This document shows, piece by piece, positions 13,741 through 28,466 of a DNA stretch of 64,000 bases. Origin of the DNA: Octopus vulgaris (lineage: Eukaryota). The DNA lies in assembly GCA_951406725.2 (NCBI GenBank), contig OX597839.1, positions 5,394,001 to 5,458,000 on the forward strand. The letters run 5' to 3'. The translations under genes were made by a program, and so were the position numbers. Below the pieces are notes generated by a model that saw nothing but the letters and a program-made list of their open reading frames with translations, was not told where the DNA came from and did no database searches. Each line of letters starts with the position of its first letter. Position 1 is the stretch's first letter.

Positions 13741-13952
13741 GATATATACATTCGTAACTTTTGGTGATTTGATTACGTATTTGTCTGTATGTTTTTAAGC
13801 ATACCTACTGCACCTATTATTGTAAGGAATGCTTCTGATTTGAAGGCTCTACGTTCAGGCTACCTCTATTTGCATTTTGAGAATTTTTATCTTTGTACTT
13901 GTATATCGAAACTTATACATTTATGCTGATATAGATTTATGTACACATTTGC

Positions 13953-14017
<65 letters not shown>

Positions 14018-14021
<4 letters not shown>

Positions 14022-14328
14022 CGTGATCACCGTGACCGATCAGGCTATCAGATGTTACTACACATCGCTGGTCACAATGCGCTTTTCATTAATTTGGCCT
14101 TCAAATGACGCCACCCCGCTGGCTAAGCGAGCAGGCCAACAGAAGAAAGAGTGAGAGAAAGCTGTGGCGAAAGAGTACAGCAGGGATCACCACCACCACC
14201 CCTGCCGGAGCCTCGTGCAGCTTTAGGTGTTTTCGCTCAATAAAAACTCACAACGCCCGGTCTGCGAATCGCAACCGCGATCCTACGACCGCGAGTCCGC
14301 TGCTCTAACCATTAGGCCATTGCGCCTC
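14018..14328 (-). mobile_element. SINE family C, tail type 2
   Basis: Family C head; tail ends GGTCACGGTGATCACGGTGA and runs into (TA)n; same as 26515-26823. Confidence 0.85.
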
Positions 14329-14384
14329 TGTCTCTCTCTCTCTGTCTCTCTCTCTCTGTATAAATATATATATATATATATATA

Positions 14385-14570
14385 CATAGTTGGAATTTAC
14401 CAAACAAATAATAGACGAAGACAGGTGTGTGAGACAACAAACACGTATATTAGTTTAACGTTCGGGAGGTGAGAAAGTCTTTTACGTTTCGAGCCTACGC
14501 TCTTCAACAGAAAGGGACACGAGAAATTAAACAGAGAGAATAAAAAAAAGCTTTAGTAGCTAGGTGTTAA
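14385..14570 (-). mobile_element. TA-embedded mini-element with a hammerhead-like motif (Penelope/retrozyme-like)
   Basis: Flanked by TA repeats; homologous to 47428-47657; motif at 14479-14514. Confidence 0.7.
14479..14514 (-). ncRNA. Variant minimal type I hammerhead ribozyme motif
   Basis: CTTT-CTGTTGA-A-GAGC(GTAG)GCTC-GAAA-CG-TA-AAAG: stem I, variant core, stem II, GAAA, palindromic ACGT stem III. Confidence 0.6.
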
Positions 14571-15263
14571 TTATATGTATATATATATATGTGTATATAT
14601 CTATATATATGTATATATGTATATATATATATATGCATGCATAAAAATATGTGTCTATATATTTATGTGAACATACATTCATTCATACTCATTGCATGCA
14701 TATAGATGCAAGATGCATTATATATGCATATAACACATAAATACACACACTCATTCATATGTGTGTGTGTGTCTGTGTGTCTGTGTGTGTATTTCTCTAT
14801 ACATGTATATTAGATCATCAGACATATTCAACAAGGATATTTTTGTAAACAATTTATTTTCTAGTTTCGAATAAAAAAATATAATACCCAATGAAGCGTT
14901 GTAAACCTAGAATTTTGAACACTACGCATATTAAATAACACCCAGTGATTCTTTTTGCTGCTACGGTATGTGTGTGTGTTTTTTGTGTGTGTCTGTGAAT
15001 GTGTGTGTGTGTTTGTTTATGTGTGTGCACACGTTCAGTTAAGCATATATAGGAACAACTGCACGGCCATGACCTCAGACTAACTTTCGATACCGATGTT
15101 TTCATTTCTGTCGTATTCTAAGATAATCTGTGTGTCAATCCGTGTGTCTGTCTCTCTCCCTTCCTCTTTCTCTCTCTCTCTCTCTCTCTCTCTACATGTA
15201 TGTGAAAATAAATATAAATATATATATACATATATATACACATATATATACACATATATATAC

Positions 15264-15294
<31 letters not shown>

Positions 15295-15423
15295 CATATA
15301 TATACATATATATACATATATATATACATATATATATATACATATATACACACATATATATATATACATATATACATATATATATACGCATATACATATA
15401 TATACATATATACATATATACAC

Positions 15424-15476
<53 letters not shown>

Positions 15477-16097
15477 TGCATATATACATATATACATATA
15501 TACATATATATATACATATATATATATATACATTTATGTATGTATGTAGGTAGTTATGTATGTACATTTCCAAAATGTGCTCAGTTGGTTTTGAGAAGTT
15601 GTAGATATCTTCAGGACAACTCACGCACACGTATATAACTGCACACACACACATACACACACACACACACATGCACACACACACACATGCACACATATAT
15701 ATATATGTTCCTATACGTACATATTGTCGTGTGTACATGTGAATGCGCTTTTAAGAAACGCTGTGTAGCAGTACAGCGATTTACATTCCTTTGTCAGAAA
15801 AGGTAACCTCTCGAAGCCATTCGATAGAGATCGATAAAATATGTACTACACTGCAATAGTTACTAGTATCTATATAATCAACTAAAAGCCAATAAAAGTA
15901 TAAAACAGAAGTACATTCACACACACACGCACACACACACACACAAACACACACGCACATACACACACGCATATATATAGAGAGTGAACAATTTCACGTA
16001 CACGCATACACATATACTCAGACGCTCATATACATTTATCCTCATATATGCCTGTGTTTTACACACACATACACGCATATCTATACATGGATATATA

Positions 16098-16233
<136 letters not shown>

Positions 16234-16443
16234 TACATACATGCATATATGAATGTATGTATGTATACACACACATTATATATATACGCATGCATATGTA
16301 TATGTTTATATATGTTCATTCGTGAATTTACCGTTGCGTGCCCTCCAGTAAATATTAGATATTTGATCTCGCTATTACTCTTAGGATTTGAAAACGAAAG
16401 TGAAACTACATCGATTTTATAGTATTTTAACAATCAAACACTA

Positions 16444-16523
<80 letters not shown>

Positions 16524-16915
16524 GAGTGTGCGAGCAAAAGCAGAGAGTGAGACAGACAGAAGGAAAGAAAGAGAGAGAGACACACCATAGGCTACCCAGT
16601 GTCTAAATCTTGAACCGAGTATATGCACGCGTGCACCTTCTTTATTGCAAAACTTCTCAAAGCTATTGTCTGTAAATAGTATATAAAATGTCTGTTTTAT
16701 GTGTTTGTATGTAGTGGGTATTCATGCATATGTGTAAGCATTGGTTAAGAGAAATATAAATGTGCGAATGCATGAGAAGTATGTATATGATTGCATGTGA
16801 ATGTGAAAATGTGTGTGTGGTGTGTGTGTCTGTACATTTAGACACTTGGTACTCAAGAAATTCACACCTTGGTGCACACAAAAGCATACACACAAATAAT
16901 ATGTATTTATATATA

Positions 16916-17163
16916 GGCGCAGGAGTGGCTGTGTGGTAAGTAGATTGCTTACCAGCCACATGGTTCCGAGTTCAGTCCCACTGCGTGGCATCTTGGGCAA
17001 GTGTCTTCTACTATAGCCTCGGGCCGACCAAAGCCTTGTGAGTGGATTTGGTAGACGGAAACTGAAAGAAGCCCGTCGTATATATGTATATATATATATA
17101 TATATGTATGTATGTGTGTGTATATGTTTGTGTGTCTGTGTTTGTCTCCCCAACATCGCTTGT
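16916..17163 (+). mobile_element. SINE family A, 5' portion
   Basis: Head, CORE-like centre and internal TA present; 3' tail absent. Confidence 0.85.
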
Positions 17164-17525
17164 CATATCCTGGACGAAGATCATAAAAATGTTTTCATAA
17201 ACAACGAACTATTTTAGCAATTTCGGAATCGACCATTCTACAGGCTTACTGAGGAAATGAGTACGAGGTATACCTTAATAAAAACACTCGAGTTCATAAT
17301 CTTGTTGGATTTGAAAGATTCTTTCTGGAATAATAAGTGTTAAGAACAAAACGATTTTCTTTGTTCTTTGCCTGAGTGACATACGCATTGATACAACATT
17401 TCTCCACCTTTTAAGGGTTAACTCAAACACGACAACTGCTGCCACCGCGGACACTATAGGCACCACATCACAGTGATAAAAAAATGTCAATATCTACATT
17501 CACATAAACCGCATTATTAATACTG

Positions 17526-18149
17526 CGGAGGCGCAATGGCCCACTGGTTAGGGCAGCGGACTCGCGGTCGTAGGATCGCGGCTTCGATTCCCAGACCGGG
17601 CGTTGTGAGTGTTTATTGAGCGAAAACACCTAAAGCTCCACGAGGCTCCGGCAGGGATGGTGGTGATCCCTGCTGTACTCTTTCACCACAACTTTCTCTC
17701 ACTCTTACTTCCTGTTTCTGTTGTACCTGTATTTCAAAGGGTCGGCCTTGTCACTCTCTGTGTCACGCTGAATATCCCCGAGAACTACGTTAAGGGTACA
17801 CGTGTCTGTGGAGTGCTCAGCCACTTACACGTTAATTTCACGAGCAGGCTGTTCCGTTGATTCGGATCAATCTTGAACTCTGCAGTGCATGCGCACTAAA
17901 TTTTAACGTCCATGCTTACTTCTGCTGTTTACAACAGTGCTTGGAAGGAAGGTGTGTAGCGTGATTCTCTCAACGAACTGCATTAAGGATACGCATGGCT
18001 GAGGTGTGCCCAGCTACTTGCACAAGGGTACACGTGTCTGTGGAGTGCTCAGCCACTTATACACGTTAATTTCACGAGCAGGCTGTTCCGTTGATTCGGA
18101 TCAACCGGAAAACCTCGTCGTCGTAACCGACGGAGTGCTTCTTTCCATC
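17526..18149 (+). mobile_element. SINE family C, tail type 3, with an internal duplication
   Basis: Family C head; 14-bp TSD CATTATTAATACTG at 17512-17525 and 18150-18163; 17792-17870 repeated at 18024-18103. Confidence 0.85.
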
Positions 18150-18406
18150 CATTATTAATACTGTCAGCAACAACAACAAATTCACCACAAGCACCAACGC
18201 AACTTCCACATACACCTTCATCACGGCGACCTATAAATTGTGAGCCATTGTTTACTAAAAACCAGCATTTTAAATATTATTCTCAAAGGAGACAGATTTC
18301 AGCGGTTTCCAACATCAATCTTCGCTGATTCGGCTGGCTACTTATAACAACAAGCAAAGAAACACGCAGCCATAGACGATTATAGATATGTATACATATG
18401 TATGTA

Positions 18407-18451
<45 letters not shown>

Positions 18452-18623
18452 TACATGCATGCATATATATAGGTATATTTAGAGAGCTCTACATATAGGT
18501 ATACATGCAGATACATTTATATATTATATACATATATATATATGCATGTACAATTATATAAATATATATATTGGTGTGTGCGCGTGTGTATGTGTGTTTG
18601 TGCGTATATGTGTGTGTGCGCGA

Positions 18624-18667
<44 letters not shown>

Positions 18668-18755
18668 AGTTATATAAAGTACCATGGTAGCGTACGTGTT
18701 GATTCGATAAACTGCGAATGAATTTAAATATGTACGCTGGAACTATATGTGTGAG

Positions 18756-18870
<115 letters not shown>

Positions 18871-19805
18871 GTCTGTCTATCTCTCTCTCACTCTCTTTCT
18901 CTCTCATATATATATATATATATATAAGCAGCTCTATAGAAACTCTCCTACTGAACGTTATAGTTATACGTTTTTCTCCAAATTGTTTCAAGTAGCTGCG
19001 CTCCCTTCTGGCTTGACCTCCATGACTTAGTGTCTGGACAGATTTTATTATACAAATTAGTGACTGTCTTATGTCATTAGAGTATTATTAGGAACAAACC
19101 ACTTTTATAAGCGTATATGCATATGTGTGTATAAGTATATATAAAATATTTGCCTACGTATATATATATATATACAGGCACACACTTACATATGCACGGA
19201 CACACATGTAAACTTCCACAGACATATATAGATATATAAATGTATGTATATTTATATGTATGTTTATATCTATCTGACTATCTAACTGTATGTGTGCACA
19301 TCTTTTATTTGAATGGTAAACATATGTATCTTCGAAATGTATGTTTGCACAAGCATATAAATACACATATACATACAACATACATACATACATGTATGCA
19401 TACATACATATACATAAAATCATGCATATATACATGCATGCATAGATACATACAGACATTTATGTACTTATGTACGCACGTATTGTATACACGTGGGGAA
19501 AGACGGAGATGGCGAAGAAATATGGAGATTGAGAGGGGAATTTTTGAGATATAAATATAAAGCAAATGGTATGTCACACAAAGTTTTGAATCTTGTACTA
19601 ATAGATAAAGAGACAAACAAATAAGCACGTATATATATATATATATATATATAGGAGGGAGAGAGAAAGAGAACGAGATGTACATACAAACATGCAGTAA
19701 CATGCATATATATATAGGGAGAGAGAGAGAGAGAGAGAGAGCGAGATCTACAACATACATGCAGTAACATGCATATATATATATATATATGTATATATAT
19801 ACACA

Positions 19806-20206
19806 CTTTTACTCTTTTACTTGTTTCAGTCATTTGACTGCGGCCATGCTGGAGCACCGCCTTTAGTCGAGCAAATCGACCCCGGGACTTTGTAAGCCCA
19901 GTACTTATTCTATCGGTCTCTTTTGCGGAACCGCTAAGTAACGGGGACATAAACACACCAGCATCGGTTGTCAAGCAATGCTAGGGGACAAACACAGACA
20001 CACAGACACACACACGCACATATATATATATATACCATATATACGACGGGCTTCTATCAGATTCCGTCTACCAAATCCACTCACAAGGCTTTGGTCGGCC
20101 CGAGGTTATAGTAGAAGACACTTGCCCAAAGTGCCACGCAGTGGGACTGAACCCAGAACCATGTGGTTGGTAGACAAGCTACTTACCACACAGCCACTCC
20201 TGCGCC
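19806..20206 (-). mobile_element. SINE family A, full length
   Basis: Reverse complement of the family A consensus. Confidence 0.88.
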
Positions 20207-20719
20207 TATATATATATAATGAGCGCATTAAGTTATATTCACTCGGCATCGGAGAGTAAATATATTTCCCATAACATATGAGTGAATATTGTCTTCCATT
20301 CCATTACATATAGAATTTTATTGAAAGTCGTCTAGTGTTTCTTTTAAATCAGCAAGTTAATCTTTCAACTGCCAAATATAATTAGAGAGTGCCGTAGTAT
20401 GTCTCTTCTTCATTCAGGAAAATGTGATTGAATTCACGGTTCTCGAAACTATGTTCCCTTTGCGTGTGCCTTTCTGTATGCATGCACACTGGATAATGCT
20501 GTCCTACATAACCTTTAAAAACTTCGTGATGGCCTTTGATTGCATATTTCGCAAATGAAGTGTTCGCTGTTTCTAAAAGATATCAACAGCTGGTTCTTAT
20601 TTTATGGACCCTCGAAACAATAGTATTTGACTGGTATTAAGGTATGAATAGTGAAGATGTGAATGTTCGCGAGCAGATTCATCAACATCGTTTACATTAT
20701 TTATGATTTAATTTTGCAA

Positions 20720-20865
20720 TCTCATTTCATCTTCTTCACCCACGAATTCCTGAAGATTGTGGGTGCTGAGTCCTCAAGGACACCTCTCATCGGGTCTTGT
20801 CAGCTGCAACCGTCTTCAATTGATCTGGCTGGAACTTCCAGTGTTACCAAGATATCTCCTTGTGT
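20720..20865 (-). mobile_element. Possible degenerate RTE-type LINE 3' end
   Basis: Minus strand translates DQLKTVAADKTR*, resembling the A.DR..WR motif at RTE ORF C-termini. Confidence 0.3.
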
Positions 20866-20866
20866 G

Positions 20867-21560
20867 ACCCCCTTGTGGGTAGTAAAGAAATATGTATTTC
20901 GTCAGGCGCTACGTTCTGAGTTCAAATTCCGCCGAGGTCGACTTTGCCTTTCATCCTTTCGGGATCGATAAATTAAGTACCAGTTACGCACTGGGGTCGA
21001 TGTAATCGACTTAATCCGTTTGTCTGTCCTTGTTTGTCCCCTCTGTGTAGCCTCTTGTGGGCAGTAAGGAAATAAGAAACATTAGTACGCCGGGCGAAAT
21101 GCTTAGCTGTTTTTCGTCTGCAGCTACGTTCTGAGTTCAAATTCCGCCGAAGTCGACTTTGCCTTTCATCCTTTCGTGGTCGATTAAATAAGTACCAGTT
21201 ACGCACTAGGGTCGATGTAATCGACTTAATACCTATGTCTGTCCTTGTTTGTCTCCTCTGTGTTTAACCCCTTGTGGGTAGTATAGAAATAGGCATTTCG
21301 TTTGTCTTTACATTCTGAGTTCAAATTCCACCGAGGTCGACATTGCCTTTTATCGTTTCAAGGCGGCGAGCTGGCAGAGACGTTAGCACGCCGGGCAAAA
21401 TACTTAGCGATATTTCATCTGACTTTACGTTCTGAGTTCAAATTCCGCCGAGATGGAGTTTGCCCTTCATCCTTTCGGGGTCGATAAATTAAGTATCAGT
21501 TGCGTAATCGACTCGCCCCTCCTCTTCCAAAATGTCGGGCCTTGTATTTATAGAAGAAAC
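20867..21560 (+). mobile_element. Tandem cluster of SINE B units
   Basis: Headless unit 20867-21070 begins with the tail of a preceding unit; further units from about 21075, 21290 and 21361. Confidence 0.85.
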
Positions 21561-22094
21561 GATTATCCCTAACTGCTGAAATAAGTCTTATATACGGATC
21601 TATCTTTTGTTGGGAAATGTTATGTTTGTAACCATTTTTTGTTGAGATATGTCAAGTTTACTGACGCAACGTGATTTGCCGAAAATACCAATTTTATTTT
21701 TCGGTAGATATTCAACATCATTATAAGAGTGACTATGAAATTTAATTTCGCAGTTAAAGGGTCAAGAACTACAATGAAACAAAGGGTCTTCCCGTGGATG
21801 GTTACTGAAGATAAGATCTGTATAAATGACTTTTAAGAAGAAAAGTCATTAAAACTCTGTCTTTTCATTACAACACATTGATTAAGTGTTTCATCTTTTA
21901 GCATTGTAATGAGTTCAGGATTTTGGCCAAGTAAGATAGGGATGGTGAGAGGGTGGGAGGAGAGATAGGGAGAGAGGAGAGAAATGCAAATTTAAAGGGA
22001 GAGGGGAGGAAAGCGGAGGGAGAAGAGGTGGAACTGGAGAGTTTGGGAGGAGGAGAAAAAGATAAAGCTAGAGATGCGGAGCGAAGAGAAATAA

Positions 22095-22660
22095 GAAAGG
22101 GAGGAAGGAAGGAAGAAAGGAAGGAAGGAAGGAAGGAAGGAAGGAAGGAAGGAAGGAAGGAAGGAAGGAAGAAAGGAAGAATGGAAGGAAGAAAGGAAGG
22201 AAGAAAGGAAGGAAGAAAGGAAGGAAGAAAGGAAAGAAGGAAGGAAGGAAGATAGAAAGAAAGGAAGGAAGGAAGGAAAAAAGGAAGAAAGAAAGAAGGA
22301 AGGAAGGAAGGAAGGAAGAAAGGAAGAAAGGAAGAAAGAAGGAAGGAAGGAGGGAAAGAGAAGGAAGTAAGGCAAGAAGGAAGGAAAGCAGGAAGGAAAG
22401 GAAGGAAGGAAGGAAGGAAGAAAGGAAGAAAGGAAGAAAGGAAGGAAGGAAGAAAAGAAGGAAGGAAGGAAGGAAGGAAGGAAGAAAGGAAGGAAGGAAA
22501 GAAAGAAAGAAAGAAGGAAGGAAAGAGAAGGAAAGAAGGCAAGAAGGAAGGAAAGCAGGAAGGAAAGAAAGGAAGGAAGGAAGGAAGAAAGGATGGAAGG
22601 AAGGAAGGAAGGAAGGAAGGAAGGAAGGAAGGAAGAAAGGATGGAAGGAAGGAAGGAAGG
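22095..22660. repeat. (GGAA)n polypurine microsatellite
   Basis: About 560 bp of almost pure purine repeat. Confidence 0.95.
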
Positions 22661-23067
22661 TGAGTAGTAAATCTAAGGAGGGAGAGTGTGGATAAAGGTA
22701 AAGCTAGTGAGAAGAAGTGGAGAAAAAGAAAAGGCTAGAGATGGAGAAGGAGAGAGAGAGATAAAGCTAGAGAAAGAGCAAGAGAAAGGGCAAGAGAAAG
22801 AGAGTAATATGGAGGAAAGAAAAAGATTAATTACAGAGAGAGAGATCGAAGGAGATTTTGTTGAAAAAAAAAAGAGGGAAAAGTGGAAAGAGCTGTTATA
22901 ATGAAATAAGGGATCGCAAAGGAAGAAAGAGAAATACAGATGTGAATATGTGGAGAGAAAGACAGCGAGATGGAGGAGAAGGCGAGGCAGGAAGGAAGAG
23001 AAGAGAAGAAAGAATGAATTATAGAGAATGAAATCGATGAAAAAGTGGAAGGAAAACACTGACAAAG

Positions 23068-23600
<533 letters not shown>

Positions 23601-24375
23601 ACCGAGAGAGAGAGACTTGTATAAAGCAATAGAAAAAGAGGGTTACATAATGAGAGAGAGATAACAAGAGACAGGGTCAGTGGGAGGGAAAGAGAAAGAG
23701 AGAGGGTAAAGTGAGGGTTGTATATTTTACTTTCACTTTCCATTCTACTTCAACTACGTCACTGTACGTTCAAGCAAGAAGTGAGGTCGAGTCGAAATAG
23801 GATTTCAGCAATTGGGTGTGATTAACCCTGGGGGTTAATTGAGGGTGAAACTCCCCACCACACAACCCTTCTGTAACTATAGATTCTTTCTAGTTAGATT
23901 AACAGTTTAGCTATTGTCTTGCTGGCTTCTTACAGTTGATAGTGTTGTTGTGGTGGTAGTAGTTGTTGTTGTCAATTTTACTATAGTTGATATAGCTGTT
24001 ATATTCTCAATTTTGTAGCTGTCGTTGTTCGTTGCGGTGGTGGTGCGATGGTGCTGGCAGCAGTAGTAGAGGTGGTGTTAGTAGTGATAGCTTTCACATA
24101 TTTTCTCCTTTATGGCATTGATTTTGTGGTAGTACAGGTGGTAGTATGTGGTGTCGGCGGCGATAGAATGGGCTATGGTGGTAGTAGAAGCGGGGTAGAG
24201 TGAGTTATGGTTTTGGTAGCCGGTGCTGGTGTGTTTACATTCCCGTAACTTAGTGGTTCGGGAAGAGACCGAGAGAATAAGTACCAGGCTTAAAAAAATA
24301 TAAATCCTGGTGTTGATTCACTCGACTAAAAGATTTTCCAAGGCGGAGTCCCAGCATGGCCGCAGTCGAATGACT

Positions 24376-24774
24376 GAGTGGCTGTGTGGTAAGTAGCTTG
24401 TTTACCAACCACATGGTTCCGGGCTCAGTCCCACTGCGTGGCATCTTGGACAAGTGTCTTCTACTATAGCCTCAGGCCGACCAAAGCCTTGTGAGTGGAT
24501 TTGGTAGACGGAAACTGAAAGAAGCCCGTCGTATATATGTATATATATATATATATATGCGTGTGTGTGTTTGTGTGTCTGGGTGGCATTGCTTGACAAC
24601 CGATGCTGGTGTGTTTATGTCCCCGTCACTTAGCGGTTCGGCAAAAGAGACCGATAGAATAAGTACTGGGCTTACAAAAGAATAAGTCCCGGGGTCGATT
24701 TGCTCGACTAAAGGCGGTGCTCCAGCATGGCCGGCCGCAGTCAAATGACTAAAACAAGTAAAAGAGTAAAGAGT
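24376..24774 (+). mobile_element. SINE family A, fused to an older A-like tail at 24220-24375
   Basis: Starts at GAGTGGCTGTGTGG directly after a diverged tail copy ending CGCAGTCGAATGACT. Confidence 0.85.
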
Positions 24775-25801
24775 ATATATATATATATATATATCTGCGT
24801 TTCTTTTTAAACTGTCAGATTAAAATTTGTTGGACATTTTAGCTATTATTTCTAGCAGATTGTACAGTCTTGTCAACTTCCTCGCTGTCTTGATGGTGAC
24901 GTAAGGGGCGGTGAAGATGAAGGTATTTCTAATGCTTCCTATCACGTAATTATTCTTTTACTGCATACTAGAGCTTTTGCAATTGTTCTTATTGTTGTTG
25001 AGGTTGTGGCCGTGGTGGTAGTGGTGGTGGTAGTGGTGGTGGTGGTGGCGGCAGTAGTGGTGGTTGTAGCGTAGCCTTGTATGGGTATGAGCTCTCATAA
25101 TTATTATTTCCCACAAACTGTTCAATAGAATTCACCCAGATCTTAGAATAGATAATTTGCAGAAGACTCTCAAAGCAAATTAACGATGAATATAAATTTA
25201 ATTTTGGTTTGCAGTTATAATTTTCTTATATATGCATGCTCTATTTAGCTTTTAAACACTGCGAAACAACGGGCCCTGTTTAATATCATTCACACTGAAT
25301 CGATGCCTTATTTATTAATAACTGTTGAAAAGGGACAGTTATTAATAAACCATTGAGAGGCGGTAAAGGGAATGAGATGGGGAATGAAGAAGAAAATGAA
25401 AGAGAGTGTGTAAGTGTGGGGGAAGGAAATGGAACGGAAGAGAGGAAGAGTTAGACCTGAACTTGTGAATGTATGACAATAGCCGTTTTAGAGAGAAAAA
25501 CAGAGAGAGAGAGAGAGAGAGAGAAAGAGAGCGAGAGAGAGTGACAGAGAGCGGGAGAGTGTGGGAGAGAGGGAGAGAATCGTTAAAAGAGAACATTGCT
25601 AACTAAGAAAAGAAGAGAGCGAATGAAGGAGAGAAAGAACGTGAGAGAATGGGAAAATAAGGGAAAGAGAGAGGGTGTGAGGAAGAAAGATATATATTAA
25701 CACTAATGCACACTTATGTGTATGTGTGTGCGTGCAAATATATACGCATATGCATTTCCATACACATATACACATATATATACGCATCTCTCACAGACCT
25801 T

Positions 25802-25844
<43 letters not shown>

Positions 25845-26217
25845 CGCAGAGGGGAAAATGGTAGAGAAAAGTAACAAATGAGAGAGAGAGGAGAGAGAGA
25901 GGTTCACACACATACAAAAGGGCGGGGTTGTGTATGTGTGTGTTATTTGTACCTTGGGCCAACAGTTAACACCTCAAAATCAATGAACCGTTGTGACTTG
26001 GTCCATACACTGTTACAGTGTATTCACTTGTGAATTAAGGAGTGAAGGACCCCTGAAAAGTATATTTTAATTTGCCAGTGAAAAGAAGGACAGAGACTAC
26101 GAACCTATACTCTTGCCATTTCGAGGATCTCCGAGGCTGAAGCTCAGACAGGAAGTCTAGATTAAGCCTTACAACAGATCTGACACAGGTAAAAACTCTC
26201 AATGATTGAGATGTGCC

Positions 26218-26324
<107 letters not shown>

Positions 26325-26415
26325 GTAACACCTATTTTTTTTCTCCACCAAAAGAAAAGCTCTACCTTGTAACTTGTCCCATCTGTGTGCAGCCCTGTGT
26401 GGCCAATAAAGAAAC

Positions 26416-26418
<3 letters not shown>
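26325..26418 (+). mobile_element. 3' end of a (TATC)n-embedded retroelement
   Basis: AAAAGAAAAGCTCTACCTTGTAA...GCAGCCCTGTGTGGCCAATAAAGAAAC, with (TATC)n on both sides; second copy at 54301-54519. Confidence 0.75.
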
Positions 26419-26477
<59 letters not shown>

Positions 26478-26514
26478 GTTCATTTATGTGTGTGTGTGTA
26501 TATATATATATATT

Positions 26515-26823
26515 GAGGCGCAATGGCCTTGTGGTTAGGGCAGCGTACTCACGGTTGTAGGATCGCGGTTTCGTTTCCCAGACTGGGCGTTGTAAGTGTT
26601 TATTGAGCGAAAACACCTAAAGCTCTACGAAGCTCCGGCAGGGGGTGGTGGCGATCTCTGCTGTACTCTTTCGCCACAACTTTCTCACACTCTTTCTTCT
26701 GTTGGCCTGTTCGCTTAGCCGGCGGAGTGGCGTCATTTGAAGGCTAAAACAATGCGAAGCGCATTGTGACCAGCGATGTGTAGCAACATCTGATAGCCTG
26801 GTCGGTCACGATGATCACGGTGA
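26515..26823 (+). mobile_element. SINE family C, tail type 2
   Basis: Matches 14018-14328; TA repeats on both sides. Confidence 0.85.
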
Positions 26824-26931
26824 TATATATATATATATAGACACACACACTCACACATATATATACTTGGTGAGTAAAACCTGAAACTCTGAGTAACAGC
26901 TTTTGTTATATTTCTGCTGCTTTTAAATAAA

Positions 26932-27010
<79 letters not shown>

Positions 27011-27140
27011 TATCTGTCGATATGTGTATGTGTTTCTACAATGGTTTGTGCGTTTAGTTTTTTTCGCTTCGACTTAGTAGCGTTTTAAGTAAAATCTATT
27101 TTCAGAATGAAAAAGGTAAGCTAGCTCTCAAAGAGTTCTG

Positions 27141-27202
<62 letters not shown>

Positions 27203-27353
27203 CAGACACACACACACACATGTACATACATATATACTAGAGACAGTACGATTTTCTGTACGCCAAGATAGAGGAAGTAAACGCAGTCACAACATGTATT
27301 CATGTGAACTTAATCTAATTAGCTCAGTAGAATATATTTCTTTTATATTGCTC

Positions 27354-27391
<38 letters not shown>

Positions 27392-28466
27392 TATATGAGC
27401 ATATGCAGTTTGAGACATTTGCGTATTTTGTAAATCCCTGAGAAAGAGTAATAGAACGATGAAGAAACAGATAGGCAGAAACAGACAGTTTGACGAAGAG
27501 ACAGAGTGGGTGGCGGAGAATATTATACATTTACGTAGGTTTACAGACAAATTTATCGCATAAAATTTGAGTGGGTTAATAATTTACAATTAAAAAGTAC
27601 AATGAAGTTTTAGAAAAATTAACAGGCGTAACTTTAAATAGTAATTCTATGTATATTGTCTGCTAATTAAAACAGAATGCGCAGATGTCTACGTTAATTA
27701 ACGATTTAGCTTTTTAGCAAGAACAACAATAAAACTAAGCTAAATATAAAGAAATGGAAAGCACCCAATGACCATGTCTCCTCCAAGAATCTTCCTCACA
27801 CACGTTTTTATTTTTTTTCTTGTACTCTTTTCGGTCAGTAATCCAAACAATTAGCTGAGTCGGAAGAGCATCGAGTAGAATTTCCCGTGGTATATTTTCC
27901 GGATTTTCTGAGCCGTTATTTCAAATACTGCAGACGACAGATTTGTTTCTCAGCCACTGAAGGTCGATAAATAAAGTTTCTCTCAACAAGTGTAATAAAA
28001 ATTTCTTTTGAGTCCTTCTTTTGAGTCCAAAACTCAATCGTCGACTCATTTGATCGCGTCGATTTGATCTGCGTATTTAATGAACTGTCTTTAGAATACT
28101 CAACCATTTAGATGCCAATTCCATGACTAGGATTTGACCTAATTAAAAACTAAAGCTTCTGTCATCTTGCCGCCGTACCGTTATATAAGATAATAATAAG
28201 AAAATAATCAATATCCTCGTGTAACCCAATTTTATAATTGGAAAGAAGCAGTTAAATTTTGCAGCGATAGGCGCAGGAATGGCTGTATGGTAAGAAGTTT
28301 GCTTCCAGCCATGTCCCTCCATGTTAAGTCTCACTGCGTGGCACCTTGGGCAAGTGTCTTTTACTGCAGCCTCAGAATGACCAAATCCTTATAAATAGAT
28401 TTTTGATGGGCGTATCTCGCCACCAAAAAATTGCTCCTGTGCTGTAATCCTTCCCTTGGAGTACCT

